From positions 1 to 55,492 of the forward strand of contig JAITOA010000006.1 in NCBI GenBank assembly GCA_031290195.1: DNA of 55,492 nucleotides, written 5' to 3'. The notes under the pieces are model-generated. The model did not search any database. It was not told where the DNA came from and saw only the letters and a program-made list of their open reading frames with translations. The stretch comes from Puniceicoccales bacterium (GTDB taxonomy: Bacteria; Verrucomicrobiota; Verrucomicrobiia; Opitutales; JAIRLM01). A program made the translations under genes and the position numbers. This document shows positions 46,821 to 54,949 of the stretch, one piece after another; positions within the stretch are counted from its first letter, which is position 1; each line of letters opens with the position of its first letter.

Positions 46821-48389
46821 TTATAGGCGCACATTGCCCGCCGTCTGCTGATTCTTTGACGTTACCTCCTGGATGACCTGGGTGGCCAACGAAAAAATGG
46901 CCTGCATGTCGTTATTCGCTATTCCAACATATTGATTCGGAATCTGCAGGTCATTTGATTTGCTGTCAATCTTCATGCGTAGGTTGTCCGTAATAGAATG
47001 AAGCTCTATGCGGTTTACGTAGGCCGTATCCGTATTCTCAAATGCCCTTGCTTTCTTGTCGTTTCTAATTCCAGAAAGATCCACGTTCCATGTGTACGAC
47101 ATACCTTTCCCTTGATCATTTTTATATCCCGTACCGGCATTCCCATTATTTTTATGCTTATATTTATGTGGTGTGGACGACATCTCTGAGGGATCATAGT
47201 AGAGATTGTGTACATCCGTTTTCCAGTCTTCATTAATAATGCATTGATCGTCCTGGTAGAGACCGAAGGTCCAATTAGGATTGTCGCCAGTTGCCACCCA
47301 TCCCATAATCGCAGGATCTTGGGACGGAAATGTGTAGCTAAGTCTCGGCCCAGCAGAGAGGAAGCGAGCCACATATTCTTGCTCCGCAACGTCCAAAGAA
47401 ACACGATCGGCAACGTCCCACGAGCCACTCGTTCTATTAATAACAAGTTTCATTTCTCTCTCTTTAACATCTGCATCCATTGAACTATTGATATAATATA
47501 CACTTGGCTCTTTGCCGTTAATTTTCCCAATTCTCTCCTGAAAATAAAAGAGAGGAATTAGGTGCCCATCAGCATATGCTCCAATATATCCATGATCCTC
47601 CATCCCGTCCGAATGCATGCGGGAGCCTTCGTCAAAGCTAACTCTAGGTGGTACTTGTACAATTCGCGGCCCTTCCCCTGTCATGACAACCTTTGCAAAT
47701 TTTCTATACCATTCATACTTTCCCCAAGCTAAGTATAGCTGCCGCCATGCCAAAGTTTCATGGACGCCGATGTCATCGAATAGGTCCCTCACTTTGTCAA
47801 AATCCAGACCGGAACAAAACACCTTATCGGGCATCACGGCACCAACCTCAGCGAGCTCCCTGATGAGTCTTCCCTCGGCAATGGCCGTGGAATATTCAAG
47901 TTTTGGATTGGTATTAACCAGCAGCGCAACGGATTCCTCGTAGAGTTCCTGGAGCTGCCGCAGCTCGGCATTGCATTTATCCAGAGCATCTAAATATTCC
48001 TCCATCTGAGCCTTTATGATGCGACTGGCTTGAAGGGCAACGCCGAGGACACTATAAACCATGCCCATGTTCTGACGGGCGGCTTCCGTTGGCTGGTAAA
48101 GCTGCGAAATGTGCACATAGGCAAATGTTAGCTGCCCATCCTTCAAAAAACTCCGCTTGACGTAGTGCCCGCCATCGTCCTTCGCGTAGATCCCATCGGT
48201 GCCCTTGGAAAAAAATTGCAAATCGTCGCCGCCATCATTGAGAGCATACTGGCTTGCGGCACCAACCAATGAGAGGGAGGACTGCCAAAGGTCAGTATTA
48301 TTGCCACCCTCACTCACTCCAGGCAAAAGATAGGCGTAGGAGGAAGTAGAATAGTACCTCGCCAAAATATCATCGACTCCAGACGGCAT
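46821..48389 (-). CDS. Bsp22/EspA-like putative T3SS filament/tip protein, paralogue 1, with aromatic-rich insert (522 aa)
   Basis: Has the helix LGVALQASRIIKAQMEEYLDALDKCNAELRQLQEL and the C-terminal DNLRMKIDSKSNDLQ...AIFSLATQVI...TAGNVRL. First gene after the promoter. Confidence 0.6.
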   Translation of the reverse strand: MPSGVDDILARYYSTSSYAYLLPGVSEGGNNTDLWQSSLSLVGAASQYALNDGGDDLQFFSKGTDGIYAKDDGGHYVKRSFLKDGQLTFAYVHISQLYQPTEAARQNMGMVYSVLGVALQASRIIKAQMEEYLDALDKCNAELRQLQELYEESVALLVNTNPKLEYSTAIAEGRLIRELAEVGAVMPDKVFCSGLDFDKVRDLFDDIGVHETLAWRQLYLAWGKYEWYRKFAKVVMTGEGPRIVQVPPRVSFDEGSRMHSDGMEDHGYIGAYADGHLIPLFYFQERIGKINGKEPSVYYINSSMDADVKEREMKLVINRTSGSWDVADRVSLDVAEQEYVARFLSAGPRLSYTFPSQDPAIMGWVATGDNPNWTFGLYQDDQCIINEDWKTDVHNLYYDPSEMSSTPHKYKHKNNGNAGTGYKNDQGKGMSYTWNVDLSGIRNDKKARAFENTDTAYVNRIELHSITDNLRMKIDSKSNDLQIPNQYVGIANNDMQAIFSLATQVIQEVTSKNQQTAGNVRL

Positions 48390-48398
48390 GCTTTTCTT

Positions 48399-48427
48399 AT
48401 TCTGAAAGTCACCTCCGGAGGTGTCAA
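48399..48427 (-). promoter_or_regulatory. sigma70-like promoter of the translocon operon with overlapping 14-bp palindrome
   Basis: Minus-strand TTGACA (48427-48422)-N17-CAGAAT (48404-48399) with an upstream A-tract; perfect palindrome CACCTCCGGAGGTG at 48410-48423. Confidence 0.65.
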
Positions 48428-48636
48428 TGAAAATTTTTTTGCGGAAATTTCCTGCTCCCTTCTTCCGATGGCAAGGTCCACAATCCTAGACTTTAACGCG
48501 ACTGTTCCAAAAATAGTTTCCAAGGCGGTCGATTTAGTTCACGGATAGCCCTCCAACTTTCCCCTTCCCTTCGTTGCCGCAGTAAATAGAACCTATGCTG
48601 TTTCCGTAGAGCTACTAAACCAATTTTCCCGCTGCC

Positions 48637-49434
48637 CTAGTAGGAAAGGGCCTGCAGGTGTCCGAACGCGCCGTCGCGGACAGTGACGGCATGGCGCTCC
48701 GTGTCCACGTGGATCAGTTCGTAGGGATTTTTTCCGACAAAAAAAATTTCTCCGACGCGGCTGAGGCTATGCGTTTCCAATGTTTCCCCGAGACTTGCAG
48801 TGATTTCCACGACGAAATTTCCAACGGTCGCGGCATCACTGAGGAGCAGTGAACGGGAACAACCATTGCGTTCATCCCAGACGCGCACTTCCGGCATTGT
48901 CGCTTCGTTGACTTCCTTCGGGGCTCGCATTCCGCAGTGCTCCACAAAAAATTTAGCGTCCGCCACGTGATTTCCCTCCGCCAGGACGTGGAGCTTTTTC
49001 GTTTCCAAATCCCGAATAAAAACCCGCATTACGTCGTCCGGTGCGTTGACAAATCCCTCCAATTGCAGCCGATAGGGTATGCGCTCCACGTGGGATAGGT
49101 GCAAAACAGCCGAGGATTCGGCAACACTATCGGTCACCGCATGGGAAATAAACTGGCCATTTTTCAACTCAATTGTGGGAGGGGTAAACAATTCATAGAC
49201 CCAAGGTCCATCCCTGCGCTGGAAGGCGGGTGCCGGCCAATCGAAGTTAGGAAGCAGGTGAAATTCCCCCCCAACTTCCATGTCCACGACCAATTCCGTT
49301 TCCTGCACTTTCTCCTTTTCAAGGACCGGCCGCGTAAGCAGCATGTGTGCAAAGAGGGCGGCGAAGGCGACGGCACAGGCAACGGTTGATGCCCGGATGC
49401 CTTTGTAAACTCCGCAGAAAAATTTCCCGTACAT
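48637..49434 (-). CDS. Amuc_1099-like type IV pilus-system protein
   Basis: N-terminal TM anchor with YELFTPP and PYRLQLEG motifs; third gene of a PilM-PilO-like trio; SD GGAGG. Confidence 0.5.
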   Translation of the reverse strand: MYGKFFCGVYKGIRASTVACAVAFAALFAHMLLTRPVLEKEKVQETELVVDMEVGGEFHLLPNFDWPAPAFQRRDGPWVYELFTPPTIELKNGQFISHAVTDSVAESSAVLHLSHVERIPYRLQLEGFVNAPDDVMRVFIRDLETKKLHVLAEGNHVADAKFFVEHCGMRAPKEVNEATMPEVRVWDERNGCSRSLLLSDAATVGNFVVEITASLGETLETHSLSRVGEIFFVGKNPYELIHVDTERHAVTVRDGAFGHLQALSY

Positions 49435-49446
49435 ATTTTCTACCTC

Positions 49447-50319
49447 CTATCGCCGGTCAATCGGTGCCGTGGGCAGCAGCTCTGCCCACTCTAAAACCAC
49501 TGTAAACTCCACGGGTCTTGGGTCAACCACCAGTAAACTATCCAATTCGCTGGCCCGGGAATGGAGGTGGTCGGTTTTTACGGAGATGGACCGCGGGACT
49601 ACGGAAAGCAGATGCTCTTCCAACGCATTCATAAACTTGCGGAATGTGGCCGTGTGGCAGCAAAACTTCATTTGGAAAATGTGGGTTTCGCCGCCAAAAA
49701 TGGGACGCAGGGAAGCCACGTTCCTCCCGTCAAAAAGGTCGTTAGGATTCTGGCTGAGCTCATTGGCATCCTCACTTTCCCTTGCAATGCTCAAAAATCG
49801 CAGGTCACCGGAAGAAGATTCATAGAGGATACGGACAAGGACGTTAATTTTATTTAATTGTCTTTGCCACAGAGAAATGCCCTCATTGGAAATCTTCCCC
49901 TGCTGCACCATATCGGAAAAACCAAAACATCCCTTTCCCGGCAGGGCAACGCGGTGGCGATCCGCCAATGCCCGCAGATCCTTCTCCGATTCCAGCACGT
50001 TGAAATAGAACTCCGTTGGGCCTAAAGGCTTCTGAGCAAGTTCCTCCAGCTCGTTGCGCTGCCTGGGACCGATTGCCGCTTTAAATTTTTTTGCATAGCC
50101 CTCCAACTGTTCCCGGAGGCGTGGCAGGTCCTTTTCATCCCGCATGGCCCTCCGGGTTCGCAGTAGAACAAGCTCGGAATAGGCGTTGTCGCATTGCCAT
50201 TTCAAGTTTTCATTCCGGGAACGCAGACGGCGATGGCCGCAGCAAAACGCAGCCGTCAGAGCAACGAAGGCCAGAGCAAAAATTTTGGAGGCAATCCTTT
50301 TCCATCGAATCTGCTTCAT
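49447..50319 (-). CDS. Amuc_1100-like / PilO-like pilus-system protein
   Basis: N-terminal TM, coiled coil, CFGFSD motif and a C-terminal ferredoxin-like segment (FQMKFCCHTATFRKFMNAL); follows a PilM-PilN-like gene. Confidence 0.6.
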   Translation of the reverse strand: MKQIRWKRIASKIFALAFVALTAAFCCGHRRLRSRNENLKWQCDNAYSELVLLRTRRAMRDEKDLPRLREQLEGYAKKFKAAIGPRQRNELEELAQKPLGPTEFYFNVLESEKDLRALADRHRVALPGKGCFGFSDMVQQGKISNEGISLWQRQLNKINVLVRILYESSSGDLRFLSIARESEDANELSQNPNDLFDGRNVASLRPIFGGETHIFQMKFCCHTATFRKFMNALEEHLLSVVPRSISVKTDHLHSRASELDSLLVVDPRPVEFTVVLEWAELLPTAPIDRR

Positions 50320-50328
50320 GGTGCCTCC

Positions 50329-52143
50329 CTAGAGTTCGTTGCGGCGGAGAATCAGTCGGCAGCGAAATGGCTGCAGGTATCCCTCCGAGGGAGTAAGTGC
50401 TATGTCCGCCACCTCGGCAATGCTCTCCGTGTTCCTTAGCCGCTGGAATAATCCATTGATTTGTTCCACAGTTTTGGCCCCGGCTCCGCTCTGTTTCGGT
50501 GTACGTATGAGCGCATAGCCCCTGAGAGCAACGGAAGGAGATTCTCCTCCAACGGCTGTCTCGCGCGGATTTGTCATGTGAAAATCCTCCAGCCAAATAT
50601 CCTTCGATTCCCCCATGGCCTCCTGCAATTCCGCAAAAAGACGCAGCCAACTCTCCTGGCGCCGCCGGATGAGATCGATGCGATCAAAGTTCATGCGCAT
50701 CACCTCCCGCTGGGAATCCAGTGCGTCCATTTGCAGGGCAATAACCTTCACCTTAGCCTGCCGACCGCGGATATCTTTCAGGTGGGACTCCAAAATTTGA
50801 TTCTGGGAAAACCTATAAATCGAAGAAAATCCAAGGATCGCCCAAACAAATAAAACGAGGGCGGTGGCCAATCGGTAGTACTGGGACCTTTGCCTCCGCC
50901 GCAGTACAAATTCCGGCAAAAACGCGGCCATTGCTGTCTGGGAACCGAGGTCCCCTCCAATGGTGCCGAGGAGCCGCATCCAGGTAAGATCATCTATTTC
51001 GCCGGCAATTTTTTTGGAAGATCTCGTCATTTTTATCGTCATCCAGGGAGCCATACGCACCACCTGGGTCTGATGTTGCTGCCCAAATAAATCCCGCAGC
51101 CTCTCCGAATCCGGTGCACCGGAGCAAAGATACAATTTTTCCATGTGCCTGCCGCCGAAGCGGTGGATATACTGCAGCTCCGTCTTTTCAATTTCTTCGG
51201 CAAGTACCGCAAAAAACCGCTCCCTTCGACCCTCAAATCGCCTTCGCAGAGCCTCATCGTCGATTTCTTTTCCAGCCAACCAGGTGGATAGGGCATCCAA
51301 AATGACCTCCGGACTTGGGCCGTCGGGCTCCTCCCCTTCGACGGGAGCGCACAGTTGCTGCCAACCGCAGTGGACATAGCGCATGTAGGGGCGAACTCCT
51401 CCCGTAAAGGTGAGCGAGGAAACCGCATCCCCAAGACATAGCTGCAGGGCCATTTCCTTGGAGGTGTGCTGTCTAGCGGTAAAAAAATCTGCCATTAGGG
51501 GAGGTGCTGCTCCGTCGGGGAAAACATCCATTGCAGCCAGAAGGTCGAATAGGGGAGCCAGCGCCGCCTTCCGTTCGGCAAAAATATACCCCCCGTGGCC
51601 CTCGCCACCGCAGTCCAAAAAGTCCCAGGAAAAATCCTGCTCCTGGACGGGAAGATCCACTTCCAATGCCTCCGCAAGGGTCTCCCGCAGCAAGCGCCGT
51701 TCAACCGGAGGAACGGTAATCCAGCGGAGCAGCGGCGAAAAATGGGGAAGCACGACGGAGCAGGGGTGTTTGCGAAATACATTTGGCATCAATGAAATGG
51801 CATTTGAAACCGATTCCCACCATCCGGAATCCCCAAAGTCACCGCTTACGGGTGCGCGGTAGAAATTTTGCAAACGCAGGACGCCGTCCCGCAATCGGAG
51901 GTAGAGCGCTACAACGGAGCGACGGGTAACGGCAATGGCGCAGCGGCGCCCTCCGCCCGATGGATAGAAGGGTGAACAACCACCCTCACGTCCCTCCTGC
52001 CCGCACCCCCATACCACGCTATGATCTTGCCGTCCAAGGGAGGATTGTAAATCGCAAAGCACGATTAACCCAAAAATTTTCAGATCAATTCCGCCGGAGT
52101 TAGTCCCTGCGAAGCCGCTGCAAAGCGGCCAACTCGTTTGCAA
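50329..52143 (-). CDS. PilM-PilN fusion (Amuc_1101-like) type IV pilus assembly protein
   Basis: Actin-like PilM features (SPLLRWITVPPV, LPVQEQDFSWDF, LAEEIEKTELQY, KLYLCSG), then FLPE, a TM helix, a coiled coil and a PilN-like DIWLEDF...LRGY. The true start is uncertain and probably downstream of 52143. Confidence 0.7.
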   Translation of the reverse strand: MQTSWPLCSGFAGTNSGGIDLKIFGLIVLCDLQSSLGRQDHSVVWGCGQEGREGGCSPFYPSGGGRRCAIAVTRRSVVALYLRLRDGVLRLQNFYRAPVSGDFGDSGWWESVSNAISLMPNVFRKHPCSVVLPHFSPLLRWITVPPVERRLLRETLAEALEVDLPVQEQDFSWDFLDCGGEGHGGYIFAERKAALAPLFDLLAAMDVFPDGAAPPLMADFFTARQHTSKEMALQLCLGDAVSSLTFTGGVRPYMRYVHCGWQQLCAPVEGEEPDGPSPEVILDALSTWLAGKEIDDEALRRRFEGRRERFFAVLAEEIEKTELQYIHRFGGRHMEKLYLCSGAPDSERLRDLFGQQHQTQVVRMAPWMTIKMTRSSKKIAGEIDDLTWMRLLGTIGGDLGSQTAMAAFLPEFVLRRRQRSQYYRLATALVLFVWAILGFSSIYRFSQNQILESHLKDIRGRQAKVKVIALQMDALDSQREVMRMNFDRIDLIRRRQESWLRLFAELQEAMGESKDIWLEDFHMTNPRETAVGGESPSVALRGYALIRTPKQSGAGAKTVEQINGLFQRLRNTESIAEVADIALTPSEGYLQPFRCRLILRRNEL

Positions 52144-52223
52144 GACTTTTAAAGCAGGAATTTTGCAGCTGGCATAAAAAAGTTCCGGAAACGTCGTCTA
52201 TGAAAAAACAACCCTGAAACCGG

Positions 52224-52296
52224 TGGAGCTGATCGGGATCGAACCGACGACCTCATCATTGCGAACGATGCGCTCTACCAACTGAGCTACAACCCC
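52224..52296 (-). tRNA. tRNA-Ala(CGC)
   Basis: GGGGTTG/CAGCTCC acceptor with the G3:U70 alanine identity pair, anticodon arm CATCG-TTCGCAA-TGATG, T-loop GGTTCGATCCC. Followed by CCG rather than CCA. Confidence 0.96.
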
Positions 52297-52348
52297 ACGG
52301 ACATCCCCAGAAGGGCCCGGTGCAATTTTTCGTCAACGCAAAAAAAAT

Positions 52349-52378
52349 TTGCCAGGGAATCGCCTCCGCGACTAAACT
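52349..52378 (+). promoter_or_regulatory. putative promoter giving a leaderless GT2 transcript
   Basis: TTGCCA-N18-TAAACT with an upstream A-tract; ATG 52386 lies 7 nt after the -10 element. Confidence 0.45.
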
Positions 52379-52385
52379 TGCGTCT

Positions 52386-53537
52386 ATGATTATATCATTG
52401 CTTCGAGTTTCCGTCGTTTTGGGAGTTTTTCTTTTGAAAACGAAGGTCTTCGGTGTAGCGGAAAGGACGCCGGAGGTATCCATCATCATTCCCGTCTACA
52501 ACGTGGAACGTTACCTTGCCAGGGCGCTAGACAGCGCCGTCCAACAGACCTTTCGGGACATCGAAATAATCTGCGTGGACGACGGTTCCACGGACAATTC
52601 TCTGGAAATTCTCCGCGAATATGCCCGACGGGATCCGCGCATCACCGTCCTGGAAAACGGAACAAATCGCGGCATTTTTCACACGAGAACCCGGGGAATT
52701 TTAGCCTCCAGCGGCCGCCACATCCTGTTCCTCGACTCCGACGATGAACTGGCCCGCGACATCGTCGAAAGGGCCCACGTCGCCGCCGCGGAAACGGGTG
52801 TTGACGTCGTTCGCTTTGCCGTAAAATGCGTTGGAAGGTCCATCCCAAAGTGGGTTGGGGAAAAAAAGTTTTCCAATGCCACGGAAATCATTCCGCCGCC
52901 TGCCGCCGGGGCAGGTGGCCACTGGGACCTCCTAGATGAAAATCTAATCAGTGCCTATGCGGGCGTTGGAGGATTTTTCCGCGGAACTCTGTGGGGCTAT
53001 CTTTTCACTAGGGCTCCCGTCCTATGGGCAACGCAACTTCTACTCCATTTCTCGGAGACCAGATACCTTAATTTCTTTGAAGATAATCTGCGCTTCGTCT
53101 TCATCCTCGAGGGATCCCGGGGTAGTCTTTCCATCCCCGACGTCGGTTATTTCTATTTCACTGGCATAGGAATCTGCGGGGACTCCGGAAAAAATGTTCT
53201 TTCGGCCGCTTTGCTTAAATCTGCCAGTCTCTCCATCGCCATGCAGATTGCACTCGAAGAAATAAAGCTTGGCAATTTTGAACACATGGCGCTCCTGCAG
53301 CGGCGCCATCCGGCGCCGCTGTTGGAGTATGTCCAAACCATTCCCGTGGAGGAAGGAGTTGATCTTTTTGCCAAGTATCTGAGTGGATTTCCCCGGAAAA
53401 AGCAATTGGCAATTGCCCGTGAAACACGGGAGAGATTTCCATCCTGGTACGGGGTCATCCATCGACTCAGCAAAATTCATCGGCGGTCTTTGGCGGCAGC
53501 GAAAAAACAGCCGCGGTGTACATGGAGAACTCGTTAA
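52386..53537 (+). CDS. glycosyltransferase family 2 protein
   Basis: [31 protein letters not shown] (DxD) and a later ED motif; hydrophobic N-terminus. Confidence 0.92.
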   Translation: MIISLLRVSVVLGVFLLKTKVFGVAERTPEVSIIIPVYNVERYLARALDSAVQQTFRDIEIICVDDGSTDNSLEILREYARRDPRITVLENGTNRGIFHTRTRGILASSGRHILFLDSDDELARDIVERAHVAAAETGVDVVRFAVKCVGRSIPKWVGEKKFSNATEIIPPPAAGAGGHWDLLDENLISAYAGVGGFFRGTLWGYLFTRAPVLWATQLLLHFSETRYLNFFEDNLRFVFILEGSRGSLSIPDVGYFYFTGIGICGDSGKNVLSAALLKSASLSIAMQIALEEIKLGNFEHMALLQRRHPAPLLEYVQTIPVEEGVDLFAKYLSGFPRKKQLAIARETRERFPSWYGVIHRLSKIHRRSLAAAKKQPRCTWRTR

Positions 53538-54949
53538 GTTGCATTTTCTTGCTCCCGAAGTTCTCTAAGCCGATTCACATCGGCTTCGGTAAATGTCTGA
53601 TTTTTTGCGAGTGCAATGCGAATCTTTCCCGTGCCATGTAATTTCGCGATTTCTTTAGCCTCGTTCTGAAGGGCAGCATAGATATAAGATATCGTTGACA
53701 AAGCATCATCTGCCTTCTCTTTGGTCGTATTTTCAGGCAAGGAAAACATTCCTTCTACTGGTGTCCCCTGCAAGGTCCTAGTAAATCTAGCCGCTCCACC
53801 GTCGCCATCGTCGCCTGCGCCTAATTCGTCCGGTACGTCGGAAGCACTCCATCCGGAGATGGCATCCAGAGTATTTGGAAGCGTATCGGCCACCTTTCCC
53901 CGAAGCAATTCGAAGGCGACTTCCTTGCTAACTGCTTTCCCGGATGGAGATAGGCATAATACGTTATTTCCAGCCATGAATGTGTCCCACATTTCCCCGC
54001 ATGTATGCGTCCTATTCTTAACGGTCAAAGGCTTATCAATTTTAGTATTTCTAATTTCTTGCCTAATGGAGTCCGGCGTAGGGTTGTGTGTTGTGGCTCT
54101 TCCAATTGCATTAAATGCAGTACCGAGAAGCGAATCGGACGTCTCACCAACATCTTTGTCTTTTTCTAGAGAGCCAGGCTTAAGAATATTTTTAAACACT
54201 AAATGTTTCACTCTAGGGCTGGGCTGCAGAAATTTGGAAAAATTAACTTGCACCTTCCGTCCATCGGGAATTTCTATCGAGCGGGCACAGGCCTTCACCG
54301 TGGCGTGGGCCACGTTTTGAAGGAATTTTTTACAAAATTCTTTTTCTTCCATGCCGTCGACCAGGCTTCCGGAACCAGAAAGGCTCTCATAGAGATTACG
54401 CACCGCGGATTGCACTTTCTCATCAATCATAAGAATCTCGAATGCCTGTCCGGCAAATCCGTTAATGGGAATTTTCTGCGCCTCAGCCCTTACCTGAAGT
54501 TCGGCGGCGCTGGATGCGCGAGCAACGATATTTCTACGCAATACTCTCCGCGGCCGGGCTTGTTCGGGCCGGCTGATGGGGGCCCCGGAAGGGACCTCAC
54601 TTTTCGGAGGGTCAGCAACTTGCGCCCCATCCGCCGTACTGGGGTTATCGGCATCGGTCGCGGAAGCGGGGGCACTTTCGGCCGCCACTCCCTGCGACGG
54701 GGTTTGGGTGGTCGGCTTCGCGGATTTGGGGACGCACTCATCCAGCAATTGCATAAATTGCTCACTAAGTTTTGCATCGGAAGTAAACACCCGAGCGATG
54801 AAACCCGCACATCCGGAGAAGCAATTTTTTACCTTCTCCCAAGGCGTACTTGCTCCTTCTGCGGTGGAAATTTCCGTTTTTATGAATGCCGTAAGATTCG
54901 CAGAAAGCGGGTCCGTACTTTTTTCCCTAGCCTGGAAACTCTCCGCCAC
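53534..54949 (-). CDS. hypothetical protein (471 aa), candidate secreted effector
   Basis: Long ORF without a signal peptide or TM helix. WEKVKNCF near the N-terminus, a Pro/Ala/Ser/Thr-rich disordered linker and a globular C-terminal part. Confidence 0.7.
   Translation of the reverse strand: MAESFQAREKSTDPLSANLTAFIKTEISTAEGASTPWEKVKNCFSGCAGFIARVFTSDAKLSEQFMQLLDECVPKSAKPTTQTPSQGVAAESAPASATDADNPSTADGAQVADPPKSEVPSGAPISRPEQARPRRVLRRNIVARASSAAELQVRAEAQKIPINGFAGQAFEILMIDEKVQSAVRNLYESLSGSGSLVDGMEEKEFCKKFLQNVAHATVKACARSIEIPDGRKVQVNFSKFLQPSPRVKHLVFKNILKPGSLEKDKDVGETSDSLLGTAFNAIGRATTHNPTPDSIRQEIRNTKIDKPLTVKNRTHTCGEMWDTFMAGNNVLCLSPSGKAVSKEVAFELLRGKVADTLPNTLDAISGWSASDVPDELGAGDDGDGGAARFTRTLQGTPVEGMFSLPENTTKEKADDALSTISYIYAALQNEAKEIAKLHGTGKIRIALAKNQTFTEADVNRLRELREQENAT

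Noticed and set aside
41807-48389. Interpretation of the four paralogues as flagellins or hook-associated proteins
   Set aside because: They lack flagellin signature motifs (e.g. LSSG.RIN, SRI.D.D.A), no flagellar genes are nearby, and the adjacent genes are SycD- and translocator-like.
39003-48389. Mobile element, prophage or diversity-generating retroelement explanation for the AT-richer island
   Set aside because: No integrase, transposase, reverse transcriptase, terminal repeats or nucleotide-level template/variable repeats were seen; paralogy is visible only at protein level.
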